Assembly: GCA_963760795.1 (NCBI GenBank)
Contig: CAVXEP010000019.1
Span: 64,001-128,000, forward strand
Direction: 5' to 3'
DNA: 64,000 bases
Origin: an uncultured delta proteobacterium
GTDB taxonomy: Bacteria > Desulfobacterota > Binatia > UBA9968
A program made the position numbers and the translations under genes. How positions within the stretch are numbered: the first letter of the stretch is position 1; every line of letters begins with the position of its first letter. Below are positions 59,836 to 64,000 of the stretch, one piece after another. Below the pieces are notes generated by a model that saw only the letters and a list, made by a program, of their open reading frames with translations, was not told the DNA's origin and searched no databases.

Positions 59836-60829
59836 TCATCGCGCCTTGATGCCTAGCTCCGCTTGCGCCTCGCGCAAGAATGTTAGATCCGCCACATCGT
59901 TGGCGGCGATTTCGCGGGTAACTTTGGCGTTGCGGCGGGCTTGGTCGATGACCAACTTCAAGCCGTCTTCGGGCACGGCGCCGTCGCTGTTGAACAACAC
60001 TCGCAGCGCGTCGTAGGAGGCGTAGGCGAATTCGCGTTCGACCTTGCCCCAGGCGATCAGCGTGCGGGCGGACTCGTCGCGGTTGTCGCGGATGAAGCGA
60101 TTCGCTTTTACCGTCGCTTTGATGGCGCGGCGTATCTCCTGCGGCTTCTCTTTAATTTTGCGCAGATGGGTGCCGAGACCGAGGTAGGGGAAATTGAACA
60201 GCTCGTAGGCGCGGGCCAAGATTTTGTAGCCTTGTTTCTCCAGCTGGGTGTCGGCGGGAGGCGACATGACAACGACGTCAACGATGCGCTGCATCAGCGC
60301 GGTCATGCGCGCGGCGTCGGAGCCGAGGGCGAGGATTTTGATTTCCTTGTCGCTATCGATGCCGGCCTGTTTGATCATCATGCGGGCGGCGACATCGGGA
60401 GTGGCGCCGAAGCTGCTGATGCCGAGGGTTTTGCCTTTGAGGTCTTTGAGCGTTTTGATCTCCGGTTGGGCGATCAGCGTCATCGGCCAGTTGTCGAGAA
60501 ATCCGGCGACGATCCGCACCGGCAGGCCGGAAACCGCGCCGCCGACGACGGCGCCGAAGAGTTGGCAGTAGTCGACGTCGCCGGTGGCCAGCGCCGTGAT
60601 CGCGACGTTGGGATTCATGCGGATGATCTCGGCGTCGAGATTCTCATCCTTGAAGAACCCGCGCTTCAGCGCCATCTGCGACGGTGAGATTGGGCATGTT
60701 CGGATTCGACACCGCGATGCGAATGCGCTCAGCGGCGTGGCTGGGGGAGCCGAGGCAGAAGCAGGCCGCAATCGCGGCGATGAAGATAAACCGTAACGAG
60801 TTCGGACTTTGAAATCTGCGACTTGTCAT
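59836..60829 (-). CDS. ABC substrate-binding protein (NMT1/SsuA-like); frameshift near 60680
   Basis: Signal peptide...AERIRIA joins ALKRGFFKDENLD and DLKGKTLGISSFG. Confidence 0.85.
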
Positions 60830-60855
60830 TTGCGACCAGACGGCCTCGCCGTCGG

Positions 60856-61276
60856 TTACCGCTCCTGCACCACGTTGAATCCGCTGTAGCCGCGAATTTT
60901 GTCGATCCGCACCAGCACGCCGTAACCTTTGCGCTCGGGGTCTTTGTCGAGTTCGCCTTTGACCGTGCGGCGCATGATCTGTTGGCGGATGTCGCCGTCC
61001 TTGTGGATCGTCGCCGTGCCGTAGAAGCGCCAGCCCAAGCGGTTTTCTTTGTCATAGAAGAGCATGCAGACATGCGGGCTTCTTTTCCAGATTGGTCGTG
61101 CTGGCGCCGAAGGAGCGGTCCCAGAAGGCGATATGCTCATCGTCGAAAACAAACGTGCTGCCGCGAAAGCTCATGTCGGGAAAGCCGTCGTCCGAGGTGG
61201 TCGCCCAGACGCAGTATTTCTTTTCCTCGAAAGCCTTGTCGACTCGCTGTTGCATTTCCTCGGTGATCTTGATCAT
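60856..61276 (-). CDS. Pyridoxamine 5'-phosphate oxidase-like (split barrel) protein; frameshift near 61082
   Basis: ATTSDDGFPDMSFRGS...AFWDRS...NL...GWRFYGTA. Confidence 0.82.
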
Positions 61277-61508
61277 GTTGTTTCGTCCCACGTTGCAATA
61301 TTTCCTATGGGGAAGCGTGGCGGCTGTCAAGCGATTGTTGCCAGCGATGCCGAGTGTATCGACGGTTATTGCCAGGCTTTGCTAGCATCCGCCGCGACGA
61401 ATTTTAGAGCTAATCGCATGCTCGCAAGCGGAAAAAGTCACTCCCGCTAACGAGACTTACGCCACAGGGTCGACGGCGACCGGCTGGGGCATCAGACTCG
61501 CGTACTTT

Positions 61509-63083
61509 TTGCTCGACCGCACACCGCTCGGTTGGCTCGTTCGCCAGGTGGCGGCGATCCAGGCGTCGGTGCATGCCAAACTGATCACGGCTTTTCTCAT
61601 CGTCACCTTCCTGGTAGTCGCCATGGGCGCGTTGAGTTTGCAGGTGATTAATCAAACCGCGCAGCAGAGCTTGTTGTTGGACGAAGCGCATAAGAGTGTC
61701 GAATGGTCGCGCCAGATCCAACATGAGCTGGCGCTGCAGATGAATTTTACCGCCATGGCTTTGTTGCTCAAGGACGAGGCGACGGTGGCGAAGATTTTAC
61801 GCGCCAATAATCGCTTTAACAACTATCTCGCGCTGATCGCCGAGGCGGCGCCGGCGGACGAGCAAGGCGTCATCGATCAGATTCGTGCCGCGCAGGGAAC
61901 CGCCTTGACCACCGTGGCTGACATCGCCAATCTGTTGCGCGACGGCAAGGCGAGCGAGGCGATGAGTTTGCAGCAGAACAAGGGCTATCCGCTCTACGAG
62001 CAGATCGCCGGCCTGGTCGATCGGGTGGTGGCCAGCGAGCAGTCGAAAATGGCCGGGTTGAGAGCCAACGTTGCGGCGGCGACGCGGCGCACGCAACTGC
62101 TGATGGCCGTATTCGTCGTCGTCGCGATACTCTTGGCATTGCTGCTCGGTTTTGTCATTTCATGGTCGTTCATCATGCCGGTGCAGCAGGCTCATGGTTT
62201 TCTCACCGAGGTCGCCAAGGGTAATTTCCAAGCCACGATCGAGGTGCCTAACCGCGACGAGTTTGGCGTGCTCGCCGACCGGATGAATCATATGAGCCAG
62301 GAGCTGCATCAATTGTACGAAAAGCAGCGCGACGCCGGGCTGGAACTGCAACGGCTCAACCGCCAGCTCACCGAGGCGAGCCGGGCCAAGTCGGAATTTC
62401 TCGCCAACATGAGCCACGAGCTGCGCACGCCGATGAACGCGATCTTGGGCTTCATCGAGATGCTGCTTGACGATCTCTATGGCGAGGTGCCGGCGGCGCT
62501 GCGCGAGCCGCTACACGACGTCCAGATCAACGGCAAACACTTGCTCAATCTGATCAACGACGTGCTCGATCTCTCCAAGATCGAAGCCGGTCGCATGGAA
62601 CTGACGCTGTCGGAATACTCGGTTCAAGATGTCATCGAAGCGGTTTGCGCGTCGTTACAATCGCTGGCGGCGGAGAAGGGGCTCGAATTTTCCGCCAAAG
62701 CCCAGCCGGAGATTCCCCTGGCCTATGGCGACGGCAAGCGCGTCACCCAATGCATTATGAACCTGGCCGGCAACGCCTTGAAATTCACTAATCGAGGCCA
62801 AGTGGAAATTTCCGTCGAACGGCGGAACGGTTTACTGCGCTATCGCGTCTCTGACACCGGCATCGGCATTCCCCCCGACCAATTGGAAAAGGTCTTCGGC
62901 GAGTTTCGCCAGGTCGATGCCGCCATCACCCGCGAATACGGCGGCACCGGTTTGGGTTTGAGCATCACCAAGAAATTCGTCGAACTGCACGGCGGGCGGA
63001 TTTGGGTGGAAAGCGATCTCGGCCAAGGTTCGAGGTTTTTTTTCGAAATCCCGCTGCGCTGTGAAGGAGGGGCGACTGAATGA
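61509..63083 (+). CDS. Membrane sensor histidine kinase (2 TM, HAMP, HisKA, HATPase); start may lie near 61418
   Basis: [37 protein letters not shown] and GGTGLGLSI motifs. Confidence 0.95.
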   Translation: MLDRTPLGWLVRQVAAIQASVHAKLITAFLIVTFLVVAMGALSLQVINQTAQQSLLLDEAHKSVEWSRQIQHELALQMNFTAMALLLKDEATVAKILRANNRFNNYLALIAEAAPADEQGVIDQIRAAQGTALTTVADIANLLRDGKASEAMSLQQNKGYPLYEQIAGLVDRVVASEQSKMAGLRANVAAATRRTQLLMAVFVVVAILLALLLGFVISWSFIMPVQQAHGFLTEVAKGNFQATIEVPNRDEFGVLADRMNHMSQELHQLYEKQRDAGLELQRLNRQLTEASRAKSEFLANMSHELRTPMNAILGFIEMLLDDLYGEVPAALREPLHDVQINGKHLLNLINDVLDLSKIEAGRMELTLSEYSVQDVIEAVCASLQSLAAEKGLEFSAKAQPEIPLAYGDGKRVTQCIMNLAGNALKFTNRGQVEISVERRNGLLRYRVSDTGIGIPPDQLEKVFGEFRQVDAAITREYGGTGLGLSITKKFVELHGGRIWVESDLGQGSRFFFEIPLRCEGGATE

Positions 63084-63451
63084 GCAAGACAATTCTCTAC
63101 GTCGAGGACAACGAATTCAATCTGAAAATCGTCCGCCAGTTGTTAAGCCGCACCTCGTACCGGTTGATCGAGGCCATGGATGGCGAGAGCGGCGTTGCCA
63201 CGGCGCAAAACGAATTGCCCGATCTCATTCTGATGGACGTCCAACTGCCCAAGCTGTCCGGTCTCGACGCGACGCGCCAGCTGCGCGCCGATGCCAAAAC
63301 CGCGGCGATTCCAATTGTCGTCATCACTTCCTTCGCGCTCAGTGGCGATGCCGAGAAGGCCAAGGCCGCCGGCGCGTCGGCCTATCTAGCCAAGCCCTAC
63401 AGTCCAAGGGAACTTTTGCAGATGATTCGCAATCTGGTTCCGGAGAATTGA
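63080..63451 (+). CDS. Single-domain response regulator (DivK-like)
   Basis: [16 protein letters not shown] and YLAKP motifs; ATGA overlap with the kinase. Confidence 0.93.
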   Translation: MSKTILYVEDNEFNLKIVRQLLSRTSYRLIEAMDGESGVATAQNELPDLILMDVQLPKLSGLDATRQLRADAKTAAIPIVVITSFALSGDAEKAKAAGASAYLAKPYSPRELLQMIRNLVPEN

Positions 63452-63471
63452 TTCGCGTTGCAAGCAGATTT

Positions 63472-64000
63472 ATGGCCGATTCAATGCCAAAAATTCTCGC
63501 CGTCGATGACAATAAGCAGAACCTCGAACTGCTGACTCGATCGTTGAGCGCGGCCAAGTACGAAGTCATCACCGCCGGCGACGGGCCGAGCGCATTGCAG
63601 CTGATCGACGGCAGCGCGGTGGATTTGGTGTTGCTCGACGTCATGATGCCGGGGATGTCGGGCTACGAGGTCTGCGAAAGGATTCGCGCCAACGACGCGA
63701 CGCGGCTTTTGCCGGTCGTCATGCTCACCGCCCTGCATGACGTGTCGCACCGGATTCAGGGTATCGCCGCCGGCGCCGACGATTTTTTGACCAAACCATT
63801 TAACCGCGAAGAGCTGCTGACACGGGTGAAATCTTTGCTGCGGATTAAAACACTTTATGACGACATCGAAACCAAGAATGTTTTGCTGCGCCGGGTGATC
63901 GGCCGCTATGTTTCGGAAGAGGTCGCCGACGAAATCGTCGCCGATCCTGGACGGCATTTTAAATTGGGCGGCGAGAAGCGCGATGTCACCGTGCTGTTTG
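63472..64000 (+). CDS. Receiver domain plus class III adenylate/guanylate cyclase (truncated by window edge)
   Basis: ILAVDDN, LLDVMMP and DDFLTKP motifs, then RYVSEEVA...LGGEKRDVTVLF (start of cyclase domain). Confidence 0.88.
   Translation, partial: MADSMPKILAVDDNKQNLELLTRSLSAAKYEVITAGDGPSALQLIDGSAVDLVLLDVMMPGMSGYEVCERIRANDATRLLPVVMLTALHDVSHRIQGIAAGADDFLTKPFNREELLTRVKSLLRIKTLYDDIETKNVLLRRVIGRYVSEEVADEIVADPGRHFKLGGEKRDVTVLF

Noticed and set aside
339-61276. Programmed ribosomal frameshifting or mass pseudogenisation
   Set aside because: No consistent slippery motif, and the affected genes are unrelated; sequencing indels are more parsimonious.

Overview
About 64 kb of a GC-rich bacterial chromosome. 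The gene content (many orphan NMT1/SsuA-type, Bug/TctC and ABC_sub_bind-type substrate-binding proteins, amidohydrolases, VOC, UbiD, SDR and MFS genes) suggests a Candidatus Binatia/deltaproteobacterial-type genome; this is an inference. About 19 genes carry indels without obvious in-frame stops, most consistent with long-read assembly error. Two items stand out. (1) A two-gene operon encodes a single-pass membrane-anchored Amidase_3 cell-wall amidase and a MamK-like actin, with no other magnetosome genes in the window. (2) A ~1.5 kb, 3'-truncated mobile element encodes a protein with Rep_trans-like YDK...RVE motifs; it starts with a hairpin terminus and sits at a CAC inside one arm of a palindromic intergenic repeat. 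Also present: many intergenic palindromes built from 7/8/9-nt tandem units, GTAG-type REPs, a TIR-TM protein, a HigBA-like toxin-antitoxin pair with an operator, an AT-richer patch with a tRNA-like minihelix and two coupled zinc-ribbon microproteins, a stand-alone form II CoxL-like gene, and a kinase/response regulator/adenylate cyclase module at the right edge. No rRNA, complete tRNA or CRISPR array was seen.
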